A stretch of 64,000 bases of DNA from an uncultured delta proteobacterium. Lineage in GTDB: Bacteria > Myxococcota_A > UBA9160 > UBA4427. The notes under the pieces are model-generated. The model was given only the letters and a program-made list of their open reading frames with translations. It searched no databases and was not told the DNA's origin. The position numbers were made by a program, and so were the translations under genes. Positions 39,835-51,452 of the stretch are shown piece after piece; position 1 is the first letter of the stretch; each line of letters starts with the position of its first letter. Location of the stretch: NCBI GenBank assembly GCA_963822965.1, contig CAWGJT010000005.1, forward strand, positions 1,760,001 through 1,824,000, read 5' to 3'.

Positions 39835-41361
39835 CAGGCTTGCTCTCCCGCCGCTTCCGCGGCGCGGCGGCTGGCCGCCACCACCTGCTCGGCAGCCGCC
39901 TCCACCCGGGTGCCCGCAAAGAAGTCGGGATTGACGCTGGTGTAGAAGCGCACCGGGTTCGTGAACACGAAGTCCTCGAAGTCGTCCTCGCCGATCAGGC
40001 TCTTCTCCACCAGCTCGTGGGCCTCGGCCAGCACCTGCGTCATGTCGGGCACGTCCCAGTGCCCCATGTCGCTGCTGAACATGGCGCGCAGCTGCACGCC
40101 CATCGGGTTCGTGCGACGGTCGAACGCCCAGGCGACGGCGGGATCGTCCGCCTCGCAGCCGAAGTAGAAGCGCGGCACGAACAGGTCGCGGATGTCCTCG
40201 ACGCGCTCGATCCCGCAGGCCTGCCACTCGTCGAGCAAGGGCGGCTCGGGCTCGAGCTTCGTGAAGGCCTCCGCCAGGCCCGACAGGTCGGGACGGAAGT
40301 GCGCGTCGGCGTACTCGGCGAAGAGCTTCAGCAGGAGCGCGGTGTCGATCCGCCTGGGATCGAGATCGAGGATGGTGCGCGCGTTGCGCTTCTCCCAGTG
40401 CGAGACGAGATCGGCCAGCAGCGAGCATGCCCAGCCCACGCCCCCCTCGAGGAGCCCGAAGGAGAGCCCGGGGAAGCGACGCGTCACGCCGCCCAGGAAG
40501 AGCGCTTTGCAGAGCGCCTCCATGCTGGCTCCGAACGAGCCGATGTGGTTGTAGACGTAGCTCGAGATGGAGCGCCGGCTCCCCCAGCCCATGCCCGGGG
40601 TGTGCGAGGCCGGGGCCACCTTCAGCTCGAGGCACCTCTGCCAGACCGGGTCGTAGTCGTAGGCGCTGTCGAGGCCCAGGGCGTCGATGCGCTCGCCGCT
40701 GCCGCTCCCCCAGTTGGGCAGGCCGCGCGTCGCGCCCGCATCGCCCTCGCCGATGGGACGGTGCACGAGCCCGTTGATCATGATGGCCCGGGCGCCGAGC
40801 TCGCCCACGGCGTGCTCGAGCTCGGCGATCGCCTCTTCCGGGCGTGTGCATCGGGATCTGCGCCACCACCGTCATGCGGTCCGCGTACGGCGCGTAGACC
40901 TCGGCGTTGAAGGCGTTGAGGGCGCGGCAGGCCACCTGCCGTACCTCGGCGTCCTGGATGGCGGTGGTGGTGAGGGTGCGGCTGCCGTAGACGACGGCGA
41001 AGTCGATGCCGAGGTCGTCGAGGCGCTCGTACATGAGCTTCGGCAGGTGGGCGGTGGCCCGGTCGAGGGTGTTGGCGGCGGGCAGGCTCCACCAGGGCGG
41101 CCGCGTGGCCCAGACCGCCCGGCGCTGGGCGTCGCTGAGGGCGCCCCACGGTCGCAGCACGGTCTCGTCGTAGTCCATGCCGCCGGCCGCCTCGAAGCGC
41201 GCCGCCATGTCGCCGCCGCCGATGTCCTTGACGTAGTCGAGGAAGAAGGGCTTGAAGACGGGCGCCGTCTCGATCAGGTGACCGTCGGCGTCCACCACCG
41301 GGTGGCCGAGGCCGGCGCGGATCTTCGCGGCCCGGGTGTCGCCGCGGCCGACCGCCGTCAC
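39834..41361 (-). CDS. Amidohydrolase-family protein (frameshift near 40840)
   Basis: VDADGH, LEGGVGW, FSSDMGHWD. Confidence 0.85.
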
Positions 41362-41924
41362 CGCGCGCCTCCGCGGGAGGCACCCCGGTCGAGGGCGCCC
41401 GCCAGCACCTTCTCGTCGTCGTGGTGGTAGCGCGCCCGCCAGGCCGCCTCGGTCACCCGGGGCAGCACCTCTTCCACGAGACGCACGTCGACCCGGGCGG
41501 CCAGCTCCGCCGCGCCGGCGCGCGCCAGCATCTGGGGCAGCCGGGTGCGGATGCGCTCGAGCGCCCAGGCCAGGGGATCGCCGTCGGCCACCGGATCGAT
41601 GTGCAGCATCTCGTTCGAGCGGTCCTTCCACGACACGTAGTGGTAGTGGGGATCCTCGTGGAAGCAGTCGAAGCGCAGGTACTCCAGCCGCGAGCCGGCG
41701 TCGGGCTCGCTGGCGAAGACGTGGATCGAGACCCCGCGGTCGTCGAAGCTCTCGCCGCCGGCGTCGCCTCCCGCCGCGGACTCGACGACGCTGGCCGCCG
41801 CGACGGCGTCCGTGAGCAGCCGGTACTCGACGCCGAACGTCACCGCCCCCGCCTCGAAGTGCTCGGTGTGCGCCTCGACCGGGGGAATCGGCATCTTGTC
41901 GTAGCGCGTGATGTGGTCCGCCAA
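41358..41924 (-). CDS. Conserved hypothetical protein
   Basis: 'GVSIHV..EYLRFDCF..PHYHY' motif; TTG start after GAGGGG; coupled to the downstream gene. Confidence 0.7.
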   Translation of the reverse strand: MADHITRYDKMPIPPVEAHTEHFEAGAVTFGVEYRLLTDAVAAASVVESAAGGDAGGESFDDRGVSIHVFASEPDAGSRLEYLRFDCFHEDPHYHYVSWKDRSNEMLHIDPVADGDPLAWALERIRTRLPQMLARAGAAELAARVDVRLVEEVLPRVTEAAWRARYHHDDEKVLAGALDRGASRGGAR

Positions 41925-41935
41925 GAGCCCCTCCG

Positions 41936-42578
41936 CTACCCGGACAGCAAGGATCGGGTCACACGACCGACCTCCGCAAGCGCGGTCATGAAGAAGTGGT
42001 CGGCCTCGGAGATCACCTCGAAGCGCGACCCGGGAACCGCCCCGAGGATCTCGTGCAGCTCGGCGACGGGGGCGAACTCGTCCCGGTCGCCCACCGCCAC
42101 GGCGAGCCTGCCGGGAAACGCCTCGAGGAGCGCGCGGTCGAGCATCGAAGGCGGAGGCGACACGAGCAGCAACGCCTGCACCCGCGGTCGGCCCGCCACG
42201 GCCCGTACGGCGGTGGCCGCGCCGAACGAGTAGCCGCAAGCGGTGATGGGTCCCGCTACGGTCTCCTCGATCCAGTCGAGGCAAGCCTCGTAGTCGGCCA
42301 CGGCGGTCGGGCGTCTCGCCCGTCACCTGGCCGGCGCTGGCGCCGACCCCTCGCCAGTTGAAGCGGAGCGACTCGAGCCCCGCCTGCTCGCAGGCCTGGG
42401 CGATCTCGGTCACGACCGGCGACTCCATGCTGCCGCCGTAGAGCGGATGCGGCGGCGCGATGACGGCGCCGCCCCGGGCCTCGGGGTGCGGGACGTGCAG
42501 GCCCTCGAGGACGAGGCCCGCGTCGGCACCCTCGGGCAGGGCGACGGTGGCGGGCCGCTCGAACGGTCGGGGTGCCAT
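41936..42578 (-). CDS. Alpha/beta hydrolase (frameshift near 42305)
   Basis: PHPLYGGSM, RFNWRGVG.S, GYSFG, ADHFF. Confidence 0.85.
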
Positions 42579-42676
42579 CGCGAGACCGTACCCCAACTCG
42601 CCGGCGCTCCCCGGCTATGCTCCCCCCTCTTGCGGGGCGCCAGGGCCCCCCGCACACCCCCAGCCCGGAGACCGGC

Positions 42677-43204
42677 TTGACGAGTCAACGCAGATGGCGC
42701 GGCGCCTTCCTCGAAGTGGTGACCGAGACGGTGGCGCTGCCCAACGGCAACACCATCGACCTGGACATCGTCCGGCACCCCGGCGCCTCGGCGGTGGTGC
42801 CCTTCGTCTCCCCCGACGAGGTGCTGCTGCTGCGCCAGTACCGCTATGCGACGAACGGCACCCTGTGGGAGGTGCCGGCGGGCAAGCTCGACGACGGCGA
42901 GGACCCCCTGACCTGCGCGTACCGGGAGCTGGAGGAGGAGGCCGGCTGCCGGGCCGGACGCATGGAGTCGCTGGGCCCGATGTGGGCCAGCCCGGGCTTC
43001 ACGGACGAGAAGATCCACCTGTTCGCGGCCTTCGATCTCACCCCGGTGCCCCAGCGCCTGGAGGCCGACGAGGTGATCGAGCTCGAGCGCATGCCCTTCG
43101 AACGCGCCCTCGATCTGGTCTGGTCGGGCGAGCTGACCGATGCCAAGAGCCAGCTCGCGCTCCTCAAGGCCGCCCACCTGGTGGGAAGAGCGTTCCGCTC
43201 CTGA
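42677..43204 (+). CDS. NUDIX hydrolase (ADP-ribose pyrophosphatase-like)
   Basis: HPGA, RQYRY, PAGKLD.GE..RELEEEAG Nudix box, SPGFTDE. Confidence 0.92.
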   Translation: MTSQRRWRGAFLEVVTETVALPNGNTIDLDIVRHPGASAVVPFVSPDEVLLLRQYRYATNGTLWEVPAGKLDDGEDPLTCAYRELEEEAGCRAGRMESLGPMWASPGFTDEKIHLFAAFDLTPVPQRLEADEVIELERMPFERALDLVWSGELTDAKSQLALLKAAHLVGRAFRS

Positions 43205-43488
43205 GCGGTCAACGCCCTGCCGGGACGCCGACTTGCAGCCCGAGGACGACGCTGAGCGCCGTCCTCTTGGGAGGGTTTCTGCCGATGCCCGCTGCCGGCC
43301 CCGCCGGGACATGACCGGAACGGCATGCAGCGCGCGCGCGGCAGCCCCCGCCAGAAGCGCCCTGCGTTGACGGAAGTACCTGCGCCACCTAGCCTTTTCG
43401 CCACCTCGGCGCACCCCTTCGCCATCTCGCGCGAAAACCCGATGAGAGAGAAGCAGGAACCAGAGGCAGAGAAAGGGAGACCTCGCGC

Positions 43489-44251
43489 TTGCACGGACGC
43501 GGCTACCACATGGGCTTCGGGCCCCCGGTCACACCCCAGATCATCAAGACCCTGATGATCGCGAACCTCGTGGTGTTCATCGCCCAGTACCTCGTGCCGT
43601 TCGTCGTACCAGTTCGGCGTGGTGACCGCGGACGCGACCTGGCTCGGTCTGCAGCTCTGGCGCCCGTTCACCTACATGTGGCTGCACGGCAGCCCCATGC
43701 ACCTCGCCTTCAACATGCTGGCGCTGTGGATGTTCGGCTCGCCGCTGGCGCTGTACTGGGGCGAGCAGCGCTTCCTCCGCTACTACCTCGTCTGCGGCGT
43801 GGGGGCGGGATTCCTGATCGCGACGGTGCCGCTGGTGCCGGTGCTGCTCGGCTGCGGGACCGGTGCTCGGCCCCACCGGCATTCCGACCCTCGGGCGCCT
43901 CGGGTGCCGTGATGGGCGCGCTGCTCGCCTTCTCGTTCACCTGGCCCGACCGCACCATCATGCTGCTGTTTCCGCCGATCCCCTTGAAGGCGATCTGGCT
44001 GATCCCGCTCCTCCTCTTCTTCGAGCTGTTCGGCGGCCCGTCGAACGTCAGCCACCTGGGACACCTGGGGGGTGTCCTGGTGGGCTGGATCTATCTCGTC
44101 AACGAGGGCAAGACACCCGGAGCCCCCAACCTGCGAACTCTCAAGCTCCGCTACCAGCGCTACCAGATGCGCAAGAAGCTTCGTTCGGTCCACGACGACG
44201 CGCGCCGGGAGCGGGAACAGAGACGCAGCAACGACCGGACCTATCCACTAG
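43489..44251 (+). CDS. Rhomboid intramembrane serine protease (frameshifted)
   Basis: WRPFTYMWLH, HLAFNM, GASGA and HLGG across frames. Confidence 0.85.
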
Positions 44252-44296
44252 CGTCCCGCCCAGAAGTCCCTCCAGCGCGCCCGCAGGAGAGTCGAC

Positions 44297-45187
44297 ATGA
44301 GCTCACGATCCGATCGGGACCGTGACTGCGCAGAGGATGCTCGCGGTTTCGGCGGCTTCCTGAGGAGCCTGCTGTCCGGAATTCCGTGGAGCGAGAGCGC
44401 CCACGCGGAAGAGACCCTGCTGCTCGACGCCCCCGTCGGCCGACACATGTCGGTCCACAACGCCAACGGACGCACGCGGGTGATCGGCGAGGAGCGGAAC
44501 GACATCGAGGTGCAGATCGAGAAGCACGCCCGGGGCGAGACGCCCGCCGCCGCCGAAGAGGTGCTCGACGAGATCGACGTCACCTGGGAGGAGGCCGGGG
44601 GTGGGCTCGATCTCGAGGTGGTGGCGCCGTCTCGCTGGAAGCGCCGCGGCAGCGCCAACCTGGTGGTGCGCGTGCCCCGGGACCTCGAGGTGGAGGTGGT
44701 CGCCGCCAACGGCCGGGTCTGCATGGAGGGGCTACGCAGCGCCGTCCACGCCCGCTCGAGCAACGGTCCGGTCTCGATCTCCGACGTGGTGGGGGACATC
44801 GAGGTCTACACGTCGAACGCGAAGGTGTCCTGCAGCTGCACGTGCGGCCGGCTGAAGGCGCGCTCCAGCAACAGCAAGATCCAGCTCGACGAGCACCGCG
44901 GCTCGGTGGACGCGTCCACGTCCAACGGCGTGATCCACGCCGTCCTGTCCGAGCTCGGTGCCGAGGGCATCGTGCTCGCCACCAGCAACGGACGCATCGT
45001 GCTCGAGCTGCCCGAGGACTGCGACGGGGACGTGGACGTCCGCGTCGACAACGGCATGATCCGAAACTCGCTCGAGATGGATCAGACGGCGAACGACGAC
45101 CGCACGGGTCGTCTGCGTGGCCGCCTCGGCCGGGGCGGCATCCCCATCAAGCTGCGCACCTCGAACGGAACCGTCTCGCTGCGCTAG
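44297..45187 (+). CDS. DUF4097-type beta-strand repeat protein
   Basis: Repeated (T/S)SNG.(V/I) motifs; AGGAGA RBS. Confidence 0.85.
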   Translation: MSSRSDRDRDCAEDARGFGGFLRSLLSGIPWSESAHAEETLLLDAPVGRHMSVHNANGRTRVIGEERNDIEVQIEKHARGETPAAAEEVLDEIDVTWEEAGGGLDLEVVAPSRWKRRGSANLVVRVPRDLEVEVVAANGRVCMEGLRSAVHARSSNGPVSISDVVGDIEVYTSNAKVSCSCTCGRLKARSSNSKIQLDEHRGSVDASTSNGVIHAVLSELGAEGIVLATSNGRIVLELPEDCDGDVDVRVDNGMIRNSLEMDQTANDDRTGRLRGRLGRGGIPIKLRTSNGTVSLR

Positions 45188-45266
45188 GGGGCTGACCCAA
45201 GACTCCCGTGGGAAGTGTCTTGGGCAAGGCTCCTGGACTAGCCGGCGCCGCAGCGAGCGGGTCGAC

Positions 45267-46481
45267 CTACTTCGAGCTCGACCCCAGGCGGCGGGTCACC
45301 GTCACGCCGTCGCGAACCAGCTCGACGTCCGAGAGGCCGATCTTCGCGACCGTGAAGCCGGCGACGACGTCTCCCTCGCCGACCCGGCGGGGCGACGCGT
45401 CGCCCTCCACCTGCAGCACGGCGACGCGGCGGTTCGGGGTGGGGTGCCAGATGATCTGCTGCACCGAGAGCACCGCGTCGGACGCGCGCTCCACGACGGC
45501 GACCTTCGCCACCGCCGCGGCGGCGGAGGCCGAAGACCCGGACTTCGAAGCAACCGACGAGCCCGACGCGGATTTCGTCGACGCCGGCGAGGAAGGCTTC
45601 GCGGCCGAAGCCGACTTCGGCGCAGCGACCCCGGCGGAGCCCCCCGACGCGACCGAGGCCGACTTCTGTGACGCGACCGAAGCCGAGCTTCCCGACACGG
45701 CCGCAGCCGACTTCTGCACCGCGACCGAAGGCGGCGACGCCGACACGGCCGCAGCCGGCTCGGGCGCCCGCGCGGAAGCGGCGGCGCTCTTCGCGCGCTC
45801 CTGCCGCGCGGCCAGCACGTCGCTCTTCACCTTGGGGGCGTTCTTCCCTCGCACGGGGACTCTGGCGCTCGGCGCGCGTCTCACCCCGGCAGACGCCGCT
45901 GCAACGTCCCCCGCCGTGGCGCCCGCGGCGACCGCTTCGGCCTTCGCGTCGGCCTTCGCGTTGGCGTTCGCGTTGGCGTTGGCGGCGGCGGCGGTGTTGG
46001 CGTCGGCTCCCGGGGACCCTTCCACCGGCGCATCCGCGAGGCGCTGCATCTCGCGCCGTACCTCCTGCGCCTTGGCGAACACCTCCATGCGCTTGGCGGC
46101 CGTGGAGGGCTCGATGCGCAGCGACGCGGCGGGCGGCTGCCCGGCGCCGGGGCTCGCGGCGGGGTCCGCTGGCACGATCGGCTGGAGCGTCTGCTCGGGG
46201 GCGCCCGCGAGCGCGACGGCCTCGGCCTCTCCGCTGGCGCGCGGCGGGGAAGGCTCGGCGGCGACCATCGGGCTTCGCGCGGCCGGCAGCCACAGGGACG
46301 AGAGCGACCACGCGATGGCGATCGCGCCCAGGGTGGCCGCGATGCCCGCACCGAGGCCCACCCACAGGTTGCGGGGGCGCTGCGGAACGGCCGGCTCCAG
46401 CACCGCTTGATCGAGGCTCATGGCCGCTCGCGCCCGCTTGTCCTCTTCGAGGCGGCGGAGCGCCTTCAGGATCGTGCTCAC
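45267..46481 (-). CDS. ExeB/GspB-like protein with long Ala/Ser/Lys-rich linker
   Basis: 'STILKALRRLEE' N-terminus, one TM, C-terminal 'RRVGEGDVVAGFTVAKI' domain; coupled to exeA. Confidence 0.75.
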   Translation of the reverse strand: MSTILKALRRLEEDKRARAAMSLDQAVLEPAVPQRPRNLWVGLGAGIAATLGAIAIAWSLSSLWLPAARSPMVAAEPSPPRASGEAEAVALAGAPEQTLQPIVPADPAASPGAGQPPAASLRIEPSTAAKRMEVFAKAQEVRREMQRLADAPVEGSPGADANTAAAANANANANAKADAKAEAVAAGATAGDVAAASAGVRRAPSARVPVRGKNAPKVKSDVLAARQERAKSAAASARAPEPAAAVSASPPSVAVQKSAAAVSGSSASVASQKSASVASGGSAGVAAPKSASAAKPSSPASTKSASGSSVASKSGSSASAAAAVAKVAVVERASDAVLSVQQIIWHPTPNRRVAVLQVEGDASPRRVGEGDVVAGFTVAKIGLSDVELVRDGVTVTRRLGSSSK

Positions 46482-48384
46482 TCGCTCACCCCCACCTCGG
46501 CGGGATCGACGAGCCGCGGCACCTCGTAGCGCCCCAGCAGGTCGTAGAGAACCATGCGCGTGCGCGGGCCGGCCATGCCGTCCGCCTGGAGCTGGTGGAT
46601 GCGCTGAAACTCGCGCAGGCCTTCGCGGGTGTCGCGATCGAAGAGCCCCGAGGCGGGCCCTTCGTAGTAGCCGAGCTCGGCCAGCGCCTCCTGCAGCCAG
46701 GCTACGGAATGGCCCTGCTCGCCGAAGGCCAGCACGGGTCGTACCGACTCGAAGTCGTTCCACACCACCCACGCCTCGCCGTCCCACTGCTGCAGCATCT
46801 CGTCGATGGGCACCCAGAGCGGGGCGTCGCCGGTCAGGCCGTAGATCGAGGCGAGATCGCCGTCGAGCTGCATCAGGGCGACGAGCCGGGTCTGCGATTC
46901 GTCGGAGCCACGCAGCCGCAGCAGCGCGGGATGGTTGAGCGCGCGCAGCTTCTCGAGGTCGCCGTAGTCGACGGCGAGCGTCGAGAGCCCCCGTTCGCCC
47001 AGCCACAGGGAGGCGATGTCGTCGCTGGTGGGGGACGGCTCGTAGCCCGGGAGACCGAAGGCGTCGAGCACGGCATTGAGGGCGTCTCGGCGGCCCTGGT
47101 CCTCGTCCTGGGCGTCGATGGCCCCCGTCAGGAAGGCTCCCATCGCCAGGCCTTCCAGGGCCGCGCGGGACATCTCCTGTCCGCGCTCGGGATCCACGGG
47201 GCGCAGCGACTGCGCGTCGAGGCCGGGCACCGAGTCCACGGCGACGCTGGCCGAGGCGTCGAAGCCCCCGTCCACCGGCGCCGCGGCCACCTCGATCTCG
47301 GGTCCGAGCGCGCCCGCAGGTGACATCCCTTGCGTGCCGGCCGGCGGCGCGCTGCCCACGGGCCCCTCGCCGGGCGAGGCCACCGCGCGCAGACGGGCCA
47401 GCAGCGGCTGCAGCTGCTGGTGCGCGAAGTCCGAACCGCCGAGCGCCAGGCCTCCCGCCACCGCAACCCCCAGCAGCAGACCCGCCACGAACACCGAGCC
47501 GACGCCCAGCCGGCGCAGCAGCCCGCGACCGCCGACGGCGGCATCGGCGAGCCGGGACGCCCGCGAGCGCCGGCGATCCGCGTCGGGAATCTCGCGCGCC
47601 GCCTGCTTGACGATCGCGGGGGTGATGCGCTGGCGCGCGCGCGACGTAGCCGGCGAGCAGCGCGCGGTCGCACAGCACGTTCACCAGGCGCGGCACGCCG
47701 CCCGTGCGGCGGTGGATCTCGCGAAGGGCGGCGTCGCTGAAGAGATCGCGCTCGGCCGCGGCCGCCACGTGCAGCCGGTGTCGCACGTACTCCCGCGTCT
47801 CGCGTGCCGAGAGCGGATGCAGCGCCCATCGCACGCTGATGCGTTGGCGCAGCTGCCGCAGCTCGGCCGAGTCGAGCTTGCGATCGAGCTCGGGCTGCCC
47901 GAGCAGCAGGATGTGGATGAGCTTCGAGGAAGACGTCTCGAGGTTCGACAGCAGCCGCACCTGCTCGAGGGTGCTGCCGGAGAGGTTCTGGGCCTCGTCG
48001 ATGATGAGGAGCACGCGACGATGCTCCTGCTTCTTCTGCAGCAGGAAGCGGTTGAGCTCGCCCATCAGATCGCTGCGCGTGCTGCCGAGCGACCTCGATC
48101 CCGAACTCGGCGCTGATGTCCTCGAGCAGCTCGAGACCGGACGGGCTCGGGTTGAAGAGGAAGGCCACCTCGGTCTCGGTGCCGAGCCGATCGAGCAGGG
48201 TGCGACAGATGGTGGTCTTGCCCGTTCCGACCTCACCGGTGACGCAGATGAAGCCCTCGGCCTGGTCGATGCCGTACAGCAGGTGCGCGAGCGCCTCGCG
48301 ATGGGCATCGGCGAGGAACAGGTATCGGGGGTCGGGAACGAGTGCGAAAGGCTTCTCGCGAAGCCCGTAGAACGCGGTATACAT
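46478..48384 (-). CDS. exeA: ExeA/GspA AAA ATPase with C-terminal peptidoglycan-binding domain (frameshifted)
   Basis: MY..FYGL.EKPF...PDP, TGEVGTGKTT, IIDEAQNL, GQPEL, GGVPRLVN, and FQ....L.ADG.AGP.T. Confidence 0.9.
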
Positions 48385-48476
48385 GGCGGAGCAACCTGGC
48401 GCGCGAGTGTAACTCATTGAATCAGAAAGAGGTTCGCGGGAAACGGTTCCCGATGGGTGAAGCGGAGCGCCCCTGA

Positions 48477-49432
48477 ATGACCGGCCACGGCCCGGAAGTC
48501 GGCCTCGACGTGGGGGCCACCCTCGCCAAGATCGTCCTGGAGCGCTCCGGAGCGGGCACAAGGGCCCGCCTTCGAGCTGCTGCCCTCGGCCGACCCGGCC
48601 GCCGTGGCGGACCACGTGAGCGCGCTGGGACCGTCCCGGGTGGGCGCGACCGGGGGCGGGGCCGTCGGCCTGCTCGCCCGGCTGCCCGAGCCGACTCGAA
48701 CGCGCCCTGCCATCACGCGGGCGAGTTCGAGGCCTGGGGGGCCGGTGCCCGGCGTCTGCTGGCCCGGGCCGAGAGGCGTTGTCGGCGCTTCCGGCACCGG
48801 CGGCTCTCGGCTCTCCCGGAGGGCCTCCCGCCGGTGAGCCCTTCCTGGTGGTCTCGCTGGGGACAGGGACCTCGATCCTGCTGGTCACACCGGAGACCAC
48901 CCTGCGGGTGGGCGGCACGGCCCTGGGCGGCGGCGCCGTCGTCGGGCCTCGGGGGCACGCTGGCCAGCGCCAACTTCGAGGAGCTCTGCGAGCTGGCCGA
49001 CGCAGGGCGACGCCGGAGCGGTCGACCTCCGGGTCTCGGACATCTACGCCGACCACGAGATTCCGCTGGCCGGCAATCTCACCGCCGCGAGCTTCGGCAA
49101 GCTGGCGCGCGACCTGGACGAGCAGGGCTTCGCGCGCGCGAAGCCGAGCCGCCAGGACCGCGCCGATCGGGTCGCTGGCGTGATGCGACTCGTGGGCGAG
49201 AACGTCGCGCTCATCTGCGCCGGCATCGCGGCGGCGACCGGCGCGCGCAACACGTGGTGTACGGCGGCTCGACGCTGCGCGGCAACTCGTGCCTCGTCGA
49301 GGTGCTTCGCCGAGGTGACGACGCTGTGCGGGCTGCAATGCTGCTTCCTCCCTCACGGCGGCTTCGTGGGCGCGCTCGGACGCGCTCGAGCTGGCACGCC
49401 GGGCCGCGGGCGTCGGGGAGGGGAATCGCTGA
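48477..49432 (+). CDS. Type II (CoaW-like) pantothenate kinase, multiple frameshifts
   Basis: GLDVGATLAK, GATGGG, EFEAWGAG, VSLGTGTS, RVGGTALGGG, LTAASFGK, VGENV and VYGGS across frames. Confidence 0.75.
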
Positions 49433-49561
49433 GGGGTGCGCGGACCACTTCGAGAGTCGGCGAGCTAAACGCCCAACGAAGAAGAGCGTCTCGCACCGAC
49501 GCGAGACGCTCTCCGGTTCCTGGATCCAACCCTTGGATCCCGAGAAGACTCGCCGTCGGTG

Positions 49562-51133
49562 CTACGAGCGCGGTCCCTCGGGCCGGCTGGGATCGCGCAG
49601 GGCCGGCTCCGTGGGTGCGTCCTCGCCCGGACGGCTCAGGTTGCGGACGGCGCGCTGGGTGCGTGCGATGGCGGCGCGCTGCACGCGCAGCTCCTCGGTC
49701 TGGGCCGCGACCTGGCGCTCCAGACGCTCCTTGGCGTCCACCAGCTCGTCGATGCGCGTCTCCATCGCGGCCATGCGGCGCTCGAACTCCGCGATCATGC
49801 GCGCCGCGTCGCCGCCGCCGGCCATGCCGGCCGCCATCGGGCTCGAATCGAGAAGGGTCGTCTGGGCGTTGTCGGAGGTCATGTCCATCTTCTTTCCTTC
49901 CTGAGCGGACCGGGGCTTGGCGGACGGGGGGCCTTCGTCTTCGTCGAGCGGGATGCCGACCTCGGCCCTGGCGGCCTGGCTGATCGGAATCTCCTCGGTC
50001 TCTGCCTCGACGTCGGCTCCGGCATCGAGACCGGCGAACGGATTCTCGTCGTCGCCGAGCGGGTTGTCGAACGCGCTGGCGTCCACCACCTCGGCTGCGT
50101 TGCGGCGGCGTACGAAGAAGACGCCCGCCGCGACCACGAGCAGCAGCCCGACGGCGCCGACGGCGATGTTCTGGAGGCTGAATAGACCGTTGCCACCGGG
50201 CGGTGTCGCCGCCGCCGGCCGGGGCGGCGTGGCCTGGGGCCGGGCGGTCGCAGCCGGGGTCGGACGGGGCCGCGCCTCGGCGGGCGGCTGGGCGGGCATG
50301 CCGGGCGTGGGCGGAGCAGCGCGCCGCGGCGGTGTCGCATCCGCGGCGGGCGGCGTCGCCTTCGCGGGGGTGTCCGGCGTGGGGGTCGGGCGGGCGGCCG
50401 GCGCCTTGGCGGCCATCCGCACGCCGGGTCCGCTCGCCGCCTTGCTGTCGTCGGGCAGCGAGGCGGGGGGCTGCGGGGTCGCCATGCGCTCGGCCTTGAG
50501 CTGGGTCCGCGACTGGACGACTCGCTCGGCCGGCTTCGCGGCGGGTGCCGGGGCGGGCTTCGGGGCAGTCGTCTTCGCCGTCGGGGCAGTGGTCTTCGCC
50601 GTCGGGGCAGTGGTCTTCGCCGTCGGGGCAGTGGTCTTCGCCGTCGGCGCCTTCGCGACCTTCTTCTTCGCCTTCGCCTTCGCCTTCGCGGCGGCCAGAG
50701 CCTTCTCGTTCAGGACGTCGAGCACGATCCGCGGCGGGCTCGCGAGGATCATCTCCTTGAGCTTCAGGTCGTTGCCCTTCAGGCGGATGCGCACGCTCGA
50801 GCGGTCGCTGCCCACGGGCCGGACCTCGACGCTGTCGATGTAGTCGAGCTTGCCTCGCAGGGTGCGGGCCTTTGCGGCGGCGTCCAGGGAGACGATGAGC
50901 TCGTTCACGCCCGCGGACGGCGTGTTGCGCTCCACCTTGTAGCCCACGGAAGAGTCCAGCTCGAAGACCACGCGGGAATAGCCGACGTGCTGACCGACCC
51001 GCACGTCCACGACCCGGGCCGCCCAGGCGGGCACCGCCGCCAGCAACATCGCCGCGCACAGACCCACCCACAGCCAGCGCCGGTGAAGTGCCGTTGCCCG
51101 GTGCTTCTCCTGCTCTCTACGGCTCGCTTGCAT
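49562..51133 (-). CDS. AMIN-like domain protein with Pro/Ala/Lys-rich stalk, TM and cytoplasmic coiled coil
   Basis: Signal peptide, 'VRVGQH..YSRVVFEL' and 'PPRIVLDV', low-complexity linker, TM followed by RRR, coiled coil. Confidence 0.75.
   Translation of the reverse strand: MQASRREQEKHRATALHRRWLWVGLCAAMLLAAVPAWAARVVDVRVGQHVGYSRVVFELDSSVGYKVERNTPSAGVNELIVSLDAAAKARTLRGKLDYIDSVEVRPVGSDRSSVRIRLKGNDLKLKEMILASPPRIVLDVLNEKALAAAKAKAKAKKKVAKAPTAKTTAPTAKTTAPTAKTTAPTAKTTAPKPAPAPAAKPAERVVQSRTQLKAERMATPQPPASLPDDSKAASGPGVRMAAKAPAARPTPTPDTPAKATPPAADATPPRRAAPPTPGMPAQPPAEARPRPTPAATARPQATPPRPAAATPPGGNGLFSLQNIAVGAVGLLLVVAAGVFFVRRRNAAEVVDASAFDNPLGDDENPFAGLDAGADVEAETEEIPISQAARAEVGIPLDEDEGPPSAKPRSAQEGKKMDMTSDNAQTTLLDSSPMAAGMAGGGDAARMIAEFERRMAAMETRIDELVDAKERLERQVAAQTEELRVQRAAIARTQRAVRNLSRPGEDAPTEPALRDPSRPEGPRS
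50560..50647. repeat. 21-bp coding tandem repeat x4 (TAKTTAP)
   Basis: Unit TCGGGGCAGTGGTCTTCGCCG. Confidence 0.9.
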
Positions 51134-51452
51134 CGTTTCGCGCCCTCTCTCGCGCCACGCTTGTCTCGTCAGTCCGCTCGCGTCACTCGATCCGTCACGC
51201 TCGAAGATCGGGACCCGCCAGCCGGCCCCGCTCGCTTCACGGGATTCACGCGTCGGCTCCCGTCTCCCGACCCGGGACTTGCACATTCCTTTACGGGTTC
51301 GCGCCGACAGTCTTTAGGGGGGATTTGGAGCGGCTGGCGCGAAACCCGATCGAATCACGATTCAGGGTGGAAACCCACCCGGCCTGCACCTGACTTCCCC
51401 TCTCCGGCTCTCTCCGGCCCTCTGGAGAGCTCCCCGACCGGCTCGCACGATG

